A stretch of DNA of 64,000 bases from Gaiellaceae bacterium (GTDB lineage: Bacteria > Actinomycetota > Thermoleophilia > Gaiellales > Gaiellaceae). Every line of letters begins with the position of its first letter. Within the stretch, counting starts at the first letter, position 1. This document shows positions 28,533-37,268 of the stretch, in pieces. Under the pieces are notes generated by a model. It made no database searches and was not told where the DNA came from. It saw only the letters and a list, made by a program, of their open reading frames with translations. Both the position numbers and the translations under genes were made by a program. The stretch covers positions 2,133 to 66,132 of the forward strand of contig DATCYP010000095.1 in assembly GCA_036526375.1 (NCBI GenBank). The letters are read 5' to 3'.

Positions 28533-30145
28533 CCGCGGAGAGCGACCTCGAGCTCGTTCGCGGCCTCGTCGGAGGCGCCCTCGCTTCGCTCGAGACGAGC
28601 CGTAGTCGCATCGACGACCTCAACGTCTACCCCGTCCCCGACGGAGACACCGGCACCAACCTCACGCTGACCGTGCGCGCGGTCGCCGAAGCGGTCGCCG
28701 CCGCGGAGCCCGCCGACCGGACGGCGCTCGCGCAGGCCGTGGCGCGGGCGGCGCTGATGGGAGCGCGCGGCAACTCGGGCGTCATCCTGTCGCAGATCGT
28801 CCGCGGAGTGGCCGACACGCTCGCCGAGTCGACGGACGGCATCGACCCGGCGCTGACGGCGCGGGCGCTGCGCGGCGCCTCCGACGCCGCCTACCGCGCA
28901 GTGCGGCGGCCGGTCGAGGGGACGATGCTCTCCGTCATCCGCGAGCTCGCGGAGGAGGCCGAGCGTCGCGCGGCCGGCCCCGAGCCCCTCGGTGACCTGC
29001 TCGTCGAGCTCGTGCGGCACGGGGAGGAGGCCGTGGCGCGCACCCCGGAGCAGCTCGACGTCCTCCGGGACGCGGGAGTGGTCGACGCCGGGGGCGCCGG
29101 GCTCGTCGAGCTCCTCCGCGGACTCGCCGCCGCGGTCACCGGCGAGGTCGTGCCTGCGGCGCCCGCCGCGGTTGCCGCCGTGCCCGGCCCGGACGCGATC
29201 CACCTCGAGCCTTCCCGCTACCTCTACTGCACCGTCTTCGTGGTCGAGGGGAACGCGCTCGACCGCGACGAGCTCGAGGCGCAGCTCGAGCGGCTCGGCG
29301 ACTCGCTCGTCGTCGTCGGCGACGACACCGCGCTCAAGGTGCACGTCCACACCGACTCGCCGGGCGCGGCGCTCTCGCTCGGCACGGCCGCCGGGACGAT
29401 CGAGGGCGTCGAGATCGCGAACATGCACGAGCAGCAGGAACGCCGGGAGCGACGGCTCTCGCTCGTTCCGTCCGCCGCCCGCGCGAAGAGCGGCGTCGTG
29501 GCGGTCGTCCCGGGAGACGGAAACCGGCTCCTGTTCGAGACGCTCGCCGAGCCCGTCGGGACGATCCGCGTCGTGGCGGGTGGACAGACCGCCAATCCGT
29601 CCACCGCCGAGCTCGTCGCGGCGCTCGACGAGCTCGAGGCGGACGAGGCCGTGATCCTGCCCAACAACTCGAACGTGCGGCTCGCGGCCGAGCACGCCGC
29701 CGAGCAGGCGGAGCGGCTGGTCGAGGTCGTGCCGACGGAGTCGATTCCCGCCGGCCTCGCCGCGCTCGTCGTCTACGACGGGACGCGCGGCGCCGCGGAG
29801 AACGCGGCCGAGATGTCCGAAGCCGCCGCAGCCGTCGCGACGGGCGAGGTCACCCACGCGTCCCGCGACGTCTCCCTGAACGGGCTGGCGATCCGAACCG
29901 GCGACTGGCTCGGTCTCGCGGACGGCGAGCCGGTGGCGGGGGGAGGCGACTTCGCCGAGGTCGCGTTCGAGGTCGCGGCCCGTCTCCTCGCCGAGCCACG
30001 AGCGGTGCTCACCCTCCTCACCGGCGCCGAGCCGCCGCCGCTCGACGGGCTCCTCGAACGGCTCGCCTCGGCCCATCCGGAGCTCGACGTCGAGGTGCAC
30101 GAGGGCGGGCAACCGCACTATCCCCTTCTGCTGGGCGCGGAATAG
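28529..30145 (+). CDS. DAK2 domain fusion protein (YloV / fatty-acid kinase FakA-like)
   Basis: NVYPVPDGDTGTNL DhaL motif. 538 aa. GTGA overlap with the asp23-like gene. Confidence 0.85.
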   Translation: MTAESDLELVRGLVGGALASLETSRSRIDDLNVYPVPDGDTGTNLTLTVRAVAEAVAAAEPADRTALAQAVARAALMGARGNSGVILSQIVRGVADTLAESTDGIDPALTARALRGASDAAYRAVRRPVEGTMLSVIRELAEEAERRAAGPEPLGDLLVELVRHGEEAVARTPEQLDVLRDAGVVDAGGAGLVELLRGLAAAVTGEVVPAAPAAVAAVPGPDAIHLEPSRYLYCTVFVVEGNALDRDELEAQLERLGDSLVVVGDDTALKVHVHTDSPGAALSLGTAAGTIEGVEIANMHEQQERRERRLSLVPSAARAKSGVVAVVPGDGNRLLFETLAEPVGTIRVVAGGQTANPSTAELVAALDELEADEAVILPNNSNVRLAAEHAAEQAERLVEVVPTESIPAGLAALVVYDGTRGAAENAAEMSEAAAAVATGEVTHASRDVSLNGLAIRTGDWLGLADGEPVAGGGDFAEVAFEVAARLLAEPRAVLTLLTGAEPPPLDGLLERLASAHPELDVEVHEGGQPHYPLLLGAE

Positions 30146-30148
30146 GGT
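30143..30148 (+). promoter_or_regulatory. -10-like TANNNT box (TAGGGT) built on the DAK2 gene stop codon
   Basis: TAG plus GGT lies 8 nt before ATG 30157. Confidence 0.35.
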
Positions 30149-30156
30149 TCGACACG

Positions 30157-30534
30157 ATGCCGCCGGTCCGGATCCTGCTCGTCGAGGACAACGAGGTCTT
30201 TCGGGACGCGCTCGAGCTGCTGCTCGGGATGCGGAGCGACGTCGAGGTCGTCGCCTCGGTCGGGGACGGCGCGGCCGCCGTCTCCGCGGCGGTCGAGCAC
30301 CACCCGGACGTCGTGCTCATGGACTACCGGCTGCCGGCGCTGGACGGCATCCAGGCGACAGCGCAGGTCGTCGCGGCTCTGCCGGACGTGGCGGTCGTGG
30401 CGCTGACCGCATCCGCGGACGCGGCCGAGCGAGAGGCGCTCATCGACGCGGGAGCCGTCGCCTGCCTGGCGAAGGATCAGGAGCTCGACGAGATCGTCGG
30501 CGCCATCCTGAGCGCGGCCGCAGTGACCGGGTGA
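30157..30534 (+). CDS. single-domain response regulator (CheY-like receiver)
   Basis: 125 aa. ILLVEDNE, VVLMDYRLPALDG (phospho-Asp), VVALTAS and LAKD motifs. No output domain. Confidence 0.85.
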   Translation: MPPVRILLVEDNEVFRDALELLLGMRSDVEVVASVGDGAAAVSAAVEHHPDVVLMDYRLPALDGIQATAQVVAALPDVAVVALTASADAAEREALIDAGAVACLAKDQELDEIVGAILSAAAVTG

Positions 30535-31394
30535 GGCTCTCGAGCGCGAACACCGCGATCGTCCTCGACTCGACAGCCGACCTGCCGGACGCCGCCGACC
30601 GCTTCCGCAACTGGCGTGTGGTGCCGCTGTACGTGCGCTTCGGCGACGAGAGCCTGCGCGACGGCGTGGACATCGACCCGACGCAGTTCTACGGGAGGCT
30701 CCGGCACTCGAGCGTCTTCCCGACGACGTCCCAGCCGACGCCGGGCGACTTCCTCACCTGCTACCGCGAGCTCACCGGGTACGAGCGGATCTTCTCGCTG
30801 CACGTGTCGGCGCAGGTCTCCGGCACCTTCGGGAGCGCGGAGGCCGCCGCGGCGGAGCTCGGGGACGGGCGCGTGCGGGCCGTCGACACCGAGACCGCAT
30901 CCGCCTCGATCGCCATGCTCGCCCTCGCGATGCAGCGGCGGCTCGAGCGCGGCACGAGCGACGACGAGATCGACGCGCTCGTGGAGCGCTACCGGCGGGA
31001 GCGCGGGCTGCTGTTCACGGTCGACACGCTCGAGTTCCTGCAGCGCGGCGGCCGCATCGGCAAGGCGGCCGCGTTCGCCGGCACGCTCCTGCAGGTCAAG
31101 CCGATCCTCTCGATCCGCGACGGCGAGGTCGTGCCCGTGAAGCGGGTGCGCGGAGAGCGGAAGGCGTTCGCCGAGCTCGCCGCGGCGCTCGAGACCGAGA
31201 CGCGGGACGAGCCGGCGTTCCGACTCGCCGTCGCGCATGCGGCGGCGCCGGAGCGGGCGGCGGAGCTGGAGGCGCTCGTCCGCGAGCGGCGGCCGCAGGT
31301 CGAGCTCGAGCTCGTGGTGACCCTCGGTGCGGTGATCGGCGCACACGCGGGCCCGGGCACGCTCGCCCTGTTCTGGTTCCGCGATGACGAGTAG
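30531..31394 (+). CDS. DegV family fatty-acid-binding protein (FakB-like)
   Basis: IVLDSTADLP...TSQPTPGDF...HVSAQVSGT motifs. GTGA overlap with the receiver gene. Confidence 0.9.
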   Translation: MRLSSANTAIVLDSTADLPDAADRFRNWRVVPLYVRFGDESLRDGVDIDPTQFYGRLRHSSVFPTTSQPTPGDFLTCYRELTGYERIFSLHVSAQVSGTFGSAEAAAAELGDGRVRAVDTETASASIAMLALAMQRRLERGTSDDEIDALVERYRRERGLLFTVDTLEFLQRGGRIGKAAAFAGTLLQVKPILSIRDGEVVPVKRVRGERKAFAELAAALETETRDEPAFRLAVAHAAAPERAAELEALVRERRPQVELELVVTLGAVIGAHAGPGTLALFWFRDDE

Positions 31395-32140
31395 CAGGAT
31401 CTGGATCGGGGGCGGGACCGGCGCCGGTAAGTCCACCACGGCGCGCGCGCTCGCAGGGCGTCACGGCTTGCGCCGGTTCGCGATCGACAGCTTCTGGTAC
31501 GCGTACGACGCCCGCTGGGCGCAGCCCCGCAAGTCGCCCGACGAGCAGTGGCTCGAGACGCCGCCCGAGGTGCAGGCCGCCGAGTTCGAGGAGACGTCGC
31601 GCCGGGATGATGCGCTTCGCGCTCGACGATCTCGCCGCGCTGCCCGACTTCCCGACGGTCGTGGAGGGCCCGCAGGTGCTCCCCGACCTCGTCCCGCCGG
31701 GCGACCAGGCTCTTTTCCTCGACCCGACGCCGGAGTTCCAGCGCGAGGTGCTCGGGCCGCGGCCGATGCCGTCGAGCGACCCCGCCCGCGCCCTCGCCGC
31801 GCGGCTCGTCAAGGACCGGATCCACGCCGATCGCGTCGCGACGCTCGCGCGTGAGCACGGCTTTCCGGTGCTCGTGATGGACGGATCATGCGACCTCGTC
31901 GCCGCGGCGGAGTCGGTGCTCGAGATCCCGGAGGTCGCAGCGGATCTACGAGCGGTCCGGCGCTGGGAGAACGAGGCCGCGGCCGCGAACATCCGGGCCT
32001 GGCTCTGCTCGCCGGAGGCGCCGCGAGAGCACCATGGCTTCCCGTTCGGGTGCGAGTGCGGCCGTTCGGGCTGCGGCGAGACCGTGCAGCTGACGATCGA
32101 GGAGTTCGACGCGGCACCGCAGGTGCTCGCGCACGCCTGA
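31384..32140 (+). pseudogene. P-loop NTPase (kinase-like) split by a +1 frameshift in a GGG run (31604-31606)
   Basis: ORF 31384.. (IGGGTGAGKSTTARAL) loses protein-like sequence after ...EFEETSRR. ORF 31607..32140 continues in the next frame as MMRFALDDLAAL... Confidence 0.6.
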
Positions 32141-32164
32141 CGTCCGGTCCGCGGAGGATACTCC

Positions 32165-34273
32165 GTGCGCTCGGTGCCTCGGACGCAGACGATGACAGCA
32201 GCCCGTCGACAGACGGTCTTCGCAGGCCTGGACCAGCCGCGGGCCTGGCCGCCGACGCCACGTGCGCCGCGCCCCGACCGGCTCGCCCTCGGTCTCGACA
32301 GCTTGCCCGGCGTCGCCGCGACGACGCAACGGAAGCTCGGCCGGCTCGGGCTCGCGTCGGTTCGTGACGTCCTCGAGCACCGGCCGCGCCGCTACGAGAC
32401 GGCGGCGGACGAAGTCTCCATCGCGGCGCTGCGCCAGGGCGAGGAGGTGGTCGTGAGCGGCCGTGTGCTGAACGTCGAGAAGCGCCCCATGCGCGGCAGG
32501 CGCCGCAGCCGGATTGTCGCGCGGGTGGACGACGGTACCGCCACCGTCAGCGTCACCTGGTTCAACCAGCCGTGGCTCGTCGACCGGTTGCAGCCGGGGA
32601 CGCCGGTCCGGCTGCGCGGGAAGCTCGGGCGCTTCGGCTTCGAGCCGCGCTCGTACGACCTCGGGGACGAGGCGCGCGCGACCGCCGACTTCGCTCCGGT
32701 CTATCCCGCGGCCGAGGAGATCGCCGCCGCGACCGTGCGGCGGGTCGTGGACGCGGCCCTCCCGCTCGCCGTGCACGCCACGGATCCGCTGCCCGCCGAG
32801 CTGCGCGAGCGTGAGGGGCTGGCCCTGAAGCGGGACGCGCTGGCGGCGGTGCACCGTCCGCGCGACCTCGACGAGGCCGAGACGGGCCGCCGGCGACTCG
32901 CCTTCGAGGAGCTGCTCGTCCTCCAGGTCGGCATCGCGCGCCGCGTGGCCGAACGGGAGCGGACGCTCGCGCCTGCGCTCGGCGAGCCGGGCGACCTGAT
33001 CCGCCGCTACCGCGAGGCGCTGCCGTTCGCGCTCACGCCGTACCAGGAGCAGGCGATCCGCGAGATCGACGGCGACCTGACGCGCACCGTCCCGATGCAG
33101 CGGCTCCTGCAGGGCGACGTCGGCTCGGGCAAGACGGTCGTCGCGCTCTACGCGCTGCTGCGTGCCGTGGAGAGCGGCAGGCAGGGCGCGCTCATGGCGC
33201 CCACCGAGACCCTCGCGGAGCAGCACTTCCTCACGGTCGCCGACCTCTGCCTCGAGCTCGGCGTCAGCTGCGCGCTCCTCACGAGCTCGTCCGGCAAGCG
33301 GGAGCGTGAGACCGCGCTCGTCGCCGACGTCGTCGTCGGGACCCATGCGCTCATCCAGGAGGGATTCGAGCTGCGCGACCTCGCCGTCGCCGTCGTCGAC
33401 GAGCAGCACCGCTTCGGGGTCGAGCAGCGGTCGGCGCTCGTGGCCGGCCGGACGCCTCACGTGCTCCACATGACGGCGACGCCGATCCCGCGCACCCTCG
33501 CACTCACGATCTACGGCGACCTGGCGGTCTCGGAGATCGCCAAGCCGCCCGCCTCGCGCAAGCCGGTGATCACGAGCTGGATCACCGAGGATCGCGCGTC
33601 GGAGGCGTACACCCGGCTGACGCGGCTGCTCGGCGAGGGACGGCAGGCGTACGTCGTCTGCCCGCTCATCGAGGCGTCCGAGACCTCGCTCGCGCGGGCG
33701 GCCGAGGAGGAGGCCGAACGGCTGCGGCGCGCCGAGCTGCGCGACTTTCGCGTCGGCTGCCTTCACGGGCGGCTCAGGGCCGCCGACCGGCGCGACCTCA
33801 TGGCGCGGTTCAAGGCGCGGAAGCTCGACGTCCTCGTGGCCACCACGGTGATCGAGGTCGGCGTCGACGTCCCGAACGCGACCGTGATGATCGTCCAGGA
33901 GGCCGACCGCTTCGGGCTGGCGCAGCTCCACCAGCTCCGCGGACGCGTCGGCCGCGGCGCCGAGCAGTCGTATTGCCTGCTCGTCTCGCGCGCGAAGGAG
34001 GAGCTGACCGAGTCCGCACATGCCCGGTTGCAGGCACTTTGCGACACGAGCGACGGCTTCGAGCTCGCGGAGGTCGACCTCGAGCTGCGCGGCGGGGGGG
34101 CCCTGCTCGGCACGCGCCAATCGGGCCTCTCCGATCTCCGTTTCGCCCACCTCCGCCGGGATCGCGACCTGCTCGAGCGGGCGCGCACGGCGGCGCCGAC
34201 GATCGAGGCCGGGCCGCTGCAGGACGCCGCCGCGGCGCTCTTCGCCGAGGTCGAGCCGGAGGCGCTCGCATGA
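32165..34273 (+). CDS. recG: ATP-dependent DNA helicase RecG
   Basis: Wedge/OB N-terminus, GDVGSGKT, DEQHRFG and QLHQLRGRVGRG motifs. Start uncertain (GTG 32165/32174 or ATG 32192). Confidence 0.9.
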   Translation: MRSVPRTQTMTAARRQTVFAGLDQPRAWPPTPRAPRPDRLALGLDSLPGVAATTQRKLGRLGLASVRDVLEHRPRRYETAADEVSIAALRQGEEVVVSGRVLNVEKRPMRGRRRSRIVARVDDGTATVSVTWFNQPWLVDRLQPGTPVRLRGKLGRFGFEPRSYDLGDEARATADFAPVYPAAEEIAAATVRRVVDAALPLAVHATDPLPAELREREGLALKRDALAAVHRPRDLDEAETGRRRLAFEELLVLQVGIARRVAERERTLAPALGEPGDLIRRYREALPFALTPYQEQAIREIDGDLTRTVPMQRLLQGDVGSGKTVVALYALLRAVESGRQGALMAPTETLAEQHFLTVADLCLELGVSCALLTSSSGKRERETALVADVVVGTHALIQEGFELRDLAVAVVDEQHRFGVEQRSALVAGRTPHVLHMTATPIPRTLALTIYGDLAVSEIAKPPASRKPVITSWITEDRASEAYTRLTRLLGEGRQAYVVCPLIEASETSLARAAEEEAERLRRAELRDFRVGCLHGRLRAADRRDLMARFKARKLDVLVATTVIEVGVDVPNATVMIVQEADRFGLAQLHQLRGRVGRGAEQSYCLLVSRAKEELTESAHARLQALCDTSDGFELAEVDLELRGGGALLGTRQSGLSDLRFAHLRRDRDLLERARTAAPTIEAGPLQDAAAALFAEVEPEALA

Positions 34274-34395
34274 GGCTCATCCGTCGCCTGCTCGCTCGCC
34301 GGCGAACCGTGCCGCGTCTGGCCGATCCCGAGCGCCTGCAGCAGATCTACCGTGAGACCCACCGGCGGGTCGAGGAGCTTCGCCGCGCGGCCTGA
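34270..34395 (+). CDS. putative 41-aa Arg-rich small protein, ATGA-coupled to recG
   Basis: MRLIRRLLARRRTVPRLADPERLQQIYRETHRRVEELRRAA. ATG overlaps the recG TGA. About 34 of 41 codons end in G/C. Confidence 0.3.
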   Translation: MRLIRRLLARRRTVPRLADPERLQQIYRETHRRVEELRRAA

Positions 34396-34410
34396 TGCGA
34401 CGATCCTCGC

Positions 34411-34950
34411 GTGAGGGTCATCGCCGGCAGCCGGAAGGGACACAGGCTCGCGGCCCCGCGCGGCCTCGACACCCGGCCGACCTCGGACCGCGTCCGCGAG
34501 AACATCTTCAACCTCGTCGGGCCGGTGGACGACGCGCGGGTGCTCGATCTCTTCGCGGGATCGGGCGCCCTCGGGATCGAGGCGCTCTCGCGCGGCGCCG
34601 TGACCGCGGTCTTCGTCGAGCACGACTCCGACGCCGTGCGCGCGATCGAGCGCAACCTCGACCGGCTGCGGCTGACGGGCGCGCGCGTCGTCCACGCGGA
34701 CGTCTTCCGGACGATCGCCGAGGAGGCGACCGCGGGCGCGAAGTACGATCTCGTGCTGGTCGACCCTCCCTACGGCATGCTCACCGAGATCCAGCCCCGC
34801 CTTGCGCGCCATCTGCCGCAGCTGCTCACAGCGGACGGCCTGCTCGTCGTCGAGACGGACGCGCGGACGGAGCCCGAGCTGCCGCTGCCCGTCCGGACGA
34901 GCCGCAAGTACGGCCAGACGCGCGTCACCCTCTACGAGGCAGCGACGTGA
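34411..34950 (+). CDS. rsmD: 16S rRNA (guanine966-N2)-methyltransferase
   Basis: RPTSDRVRENIFN, DLFAGSGALGIEALSRG and DPPY motifs. Confidence 0.9.
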   Translation: MRVIAGSRKGHRLAAPRGLDTRPTSDRVRENIFNLVGPVDDARVLDLFAGSGALGIEALSRGAVTAVFVEHDSDAVRAIERNLDRLRLTGARVVHADVFRTIAEEATAGAKYDLVLVDPPYGMLTEIQPRLARHLPQLLTADGLLVVETDARTEPELPLPVRTSRKYGQTRVTLYEAAT

Positions 34951-35462
34951 TCACCGCCATCGCTCCCGGCTCGTACGACCCCGTGACGAACGGCCACGTC
35001 GACGTCATCACACGCGCGGCGGGGATCTTCGACCGCGTGGTCGTCGGCGTCGTGGGGATGCCGCACCACAAGGAGCCGACGTTCGCGGTCGAGGAGCGGG
35101 TCGAGTTCCTCCGCGATGCGCTGTCCGGCCTCGCCAACGTCGAGATCGACGTCTTCCGCGAGCTCGTCGTCGACTTCGCGCGGAAATGGGAGGCGAAGGC
35201 GATCGTCAAGGGGCTGCGCGTCATCTCGGACTTCGAGTGGGAGTTCCAGATGAACCAGCTCAACCGCACCCTGGCGCCCGAGGTGGAGACGGTGTACGTG
35301 ATGGCGAGCCCACAGGTGAGCTTCGTCTCCTCGAGCGGCGTCAAGGAGATCGCGGCTTTCGGGGGCGACGTGTCCGCGCTGGTGCCGTCTCCGGTGGCCC
35401 GCCGCCTCGCGGAGATCTTCCCCAACGGGCGGCCGGGAACGCCCGAACGGCCGGGCGAATAA
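34947..35462 (+). CDS. coaD: pantetheine-phosphate adenylyltransferase
   Basis: PGSYDPVTNGHVDVI and SSSGVKE motifs. GTGA overlap with rsmD. Confidence 0.9.
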   Translation: MITAIAPGSYDPVTNGHVDVITRAAGIFDRVVVGVVGMPHHKEPTFAVEERVEFLRDALSGLANVEIDVFRELVVDFARKWEAKAIVKGLRVISDFEWEFQMNQLNRTLAPEVETVYVMASPQVSFVSSSGVKEIAAFGGDVSALVPSPVARRLAEIFPNGRPGTPERPGE

Positions 35463-35484
35463 CCGCGTCCTCCGCTCAGAGGGC

Positions 35485-35490
35485 TACACT
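35485..35490 (+). promoter_or_regulatory. -10-like TANNNT box (TACACT)
   Basis: Lies 9 nt before ATG 35500. Confidence 0.4.
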
Positions 35491-35499
35491 GCGAGGCCA

Positions 35500-36006
35500 A
35501 TGGACGTCCTTGTTCTGATCGACAAGCTCGACGACCTCGTCCACAACGCCAAGGCCGTACCCCTCACCGACCAGGTGCGGATCGACCGCGAGGAGATCTA
35601 CGACATCCTCGACCAGATGCGCGCGACGATCCCGGAGGAGATCAAGCAGGCCCGCTGGATCGTCAAGGAGCGGCAGGAGATGCTGGCCGAGGCGAAGCGC
35701 GAGGTCGACCGGCTCCTCGCCGAGGCGCGGGAACAGGCGGTGCGCGAGGCGTCGCAGACCGAGATCGTGAAGATCGCGGAGCGGCAGGCCGACGAGATCG
35801 TCGACGACGCTCGGCGGGGCGCGCGCGAGATGAAGCTCGAGATGGAGGATTGGGCCGACAACCAGCTCGCCTCCCTCGAGGTGAACCTCGAGCGCTTCCT
35901 CACCGCAGTCCGGCGCGGTCGCGAGCGGCTGCACGAGCGCTCGCAGGAGACGGTCATCGCCGGCCTCGGCGCCAACGGCGCCGTCGCCGACGACGAGCGC
36001 TTCTAG
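35500..36006 (+). CDS. coiled-coil hypothetical protein (ATP-synthase-b/DivIVA-like heptads)
   Basis: 168 aa, E/R/A-rich helical sequence. Conserved position after coaD. Family not firmly recognised. Confidence 0.6.
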   Translation: MDVLVLIDKLDDLVHNAKAVPLTDQVRIDREEIYDILDQMRATIPEEIKQARWIVKERQEMLAEAKREVDRLLAEAREQAVREASQTEIVKIAERQADEIVDDARRGAREMKLEMEDWADNQLASLEVNLERFLTAVRRGRERLHERSQETVIAGLGANGAVADDERF

Positions 36007-36303
36007 CGTCTCGCCTCGGCAGAGCCGCAAAGTCACTCTGACCGGGTGGCCGTGGCGTGCGATACGTGCCCCGGCCCAGATCCGCCGCCGCCTCTTTCGC
36101 GGCGCCGGGCCCGGAGACGAGCCTGCGCTCGCGTGCGCGGTTCGCGGCGAAGGGGCGTGGATCGCTCTCCCCGGTCATCTCGGCGCGGAGACGCCGTCGA
36201 CCTCCGCCTCGGCGAGATCCGTCTCGAGCTGCGTCCGGCCAGCCGTCGCTCGCTCCGCGATGGGTTGCGACCAGGTTTGTCCTGCGGCGCAAGGCAGGCG
36301 GCG

Positions 36304-37209
36304 TTACGGGTTCGCCACCTCGCGTGCGAGCTCGACGAAGGCCTCGGCCGCCTGTGAGCGGTAACGGTCCCGGTGCCACGCGAGGACGAGCGTCCGCGGC
36401 GGGATCCGCGAGCCGAAGGGGAGCATCTTGACCGCGCGGTCGCGCGGGTCGACGACGAGCTGCGGCTCGATCGCGGCGCCGAGATCCTCGGCGACGAGGG
36501 CGCCGAGCGTCCCGTTGTCGTCGGTGCGGAAGACGACGTCGAGGTCCGGGACGCGGCCGGCGAGAAAGCGCTCGGGCTCGTCGGTCGTGCGGCGTCCGAT
36601 CAGGGGCAGCTTCGCGACCTCCCGCAGCGGCGGCGCCGAGTCGAGCTTCGCGAGCTCCGAGTGGGCCGAGACGAGCAGGACGTACGGATCCTGCAGCACC
36701 TCCGCCCACTCGAAAGGCCCCTCCGGGAGCGGGAGGTCGGCGAAGGTCAGGTCGAGCTCCCCGTGCTCGAGCAGGCGCAGCAAATCGGCCGCCGAGCTCT
36801 CTTCCCGGACCCGGACGCCGACGAGCGGCCACTGCGCGCGGAAGCGCCGGACGAGCGCGGGGAGGAGGCGGGCGCCGACGCTTTGGTAGATGCCGACCCG
36901 GAGCGTTCCCGCGGCGCCCTCGGCCAGCGCGGCCATGTCCGCCCGAGCCGCGTCGAGACGCGCGACGATCGCATCCGCATGGCCGAGCAGGAGGAGGCCG
37001 GCCTCGGTCGGCTCGACCCGGCGAGGCCCGCCGGGGCGGTGGAACAGCCGTTGCCCGACGATCCGCTCGAGCTGCGCGATCTGCTGGCTGACGGCCGACT
37101 GCGTGTACCCGAGCTCGCGTGCGGCGCGACCGAAGGAACGTGTGCGCGCGACCGCCTCCAGCGCCGCGAGATGGCGCAGTTCGACACCCAGCCAATCATT
37201 AGTGTTCAT
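36304..37209 (-). CDS. LysR family transcriptional regulator
   Basis: LRHLAALEAVARTRSFGRAARELGYTQSAVSQQIAQLE HTH plus a substrate-binding domain. ATG 37209 inside ORF 36304..37233. Confidence 0.85.
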   Translation of the reverse strand: MNTNDWLGVELRHLAALEAVARTRSFGRAARELGYTQSAVSQQIAQLERIVGQRLFHRPGGPRRVEPTEAGLLLLGHADAIVARLDAARADMAALAEGAAGTLRVGIYQSVGARLLPALVRRFRAQWPLVGVRVREESSAADLLRLLEHGELDLTFADLPLPEGPFEWAEVLQDPYVLLVSAHSELAKLDSAPPLREVAKLPLIGRRTTDEPERFLAGRVPDLDVVFRTDDNGTLGALVAEDLGAAIEPQLVVDPRDRAVKMLPFGSRIPPRTLVLAWHRDRYRSQAAEAFVELAREVANP

Positions 37210-37210
37210 G

Positions 37211-37225
37211 ATCGAAACGAACGAT
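37211..37225. promoter_or_regulatory. candidate LysR box, ATCG-N7-CGAT (T-N11-A)
   Basis: ATCGAAACGAACGAT dyad in the LysR/EamA divergent spacer, overlapping the putative lysR -10 box. Confidence 0.35.
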
Positions 37226-37226
37226 A
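37221..37226 (-). promoter_or_regulatory. -10-like TANNNT box (TATCGT) for LysR gene
   Basis: Lies 11 nt before ATG 37209. Confidence 0.3.
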
Positions 37227-37268
37227 ACTCCATTTGTCCTGATCGCGCCGGCGCGGCACGATGGAATC

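Noticed and set aside
36175-36303. C-terminal extension of the LysR gene by readthrough of TAA 36304-36306 (frame stays open 42 more codons)
   Set aside because: The LysR substrate-binding domain is already complete at the TAA. An open frame of this length is expected by chance at this GC content.
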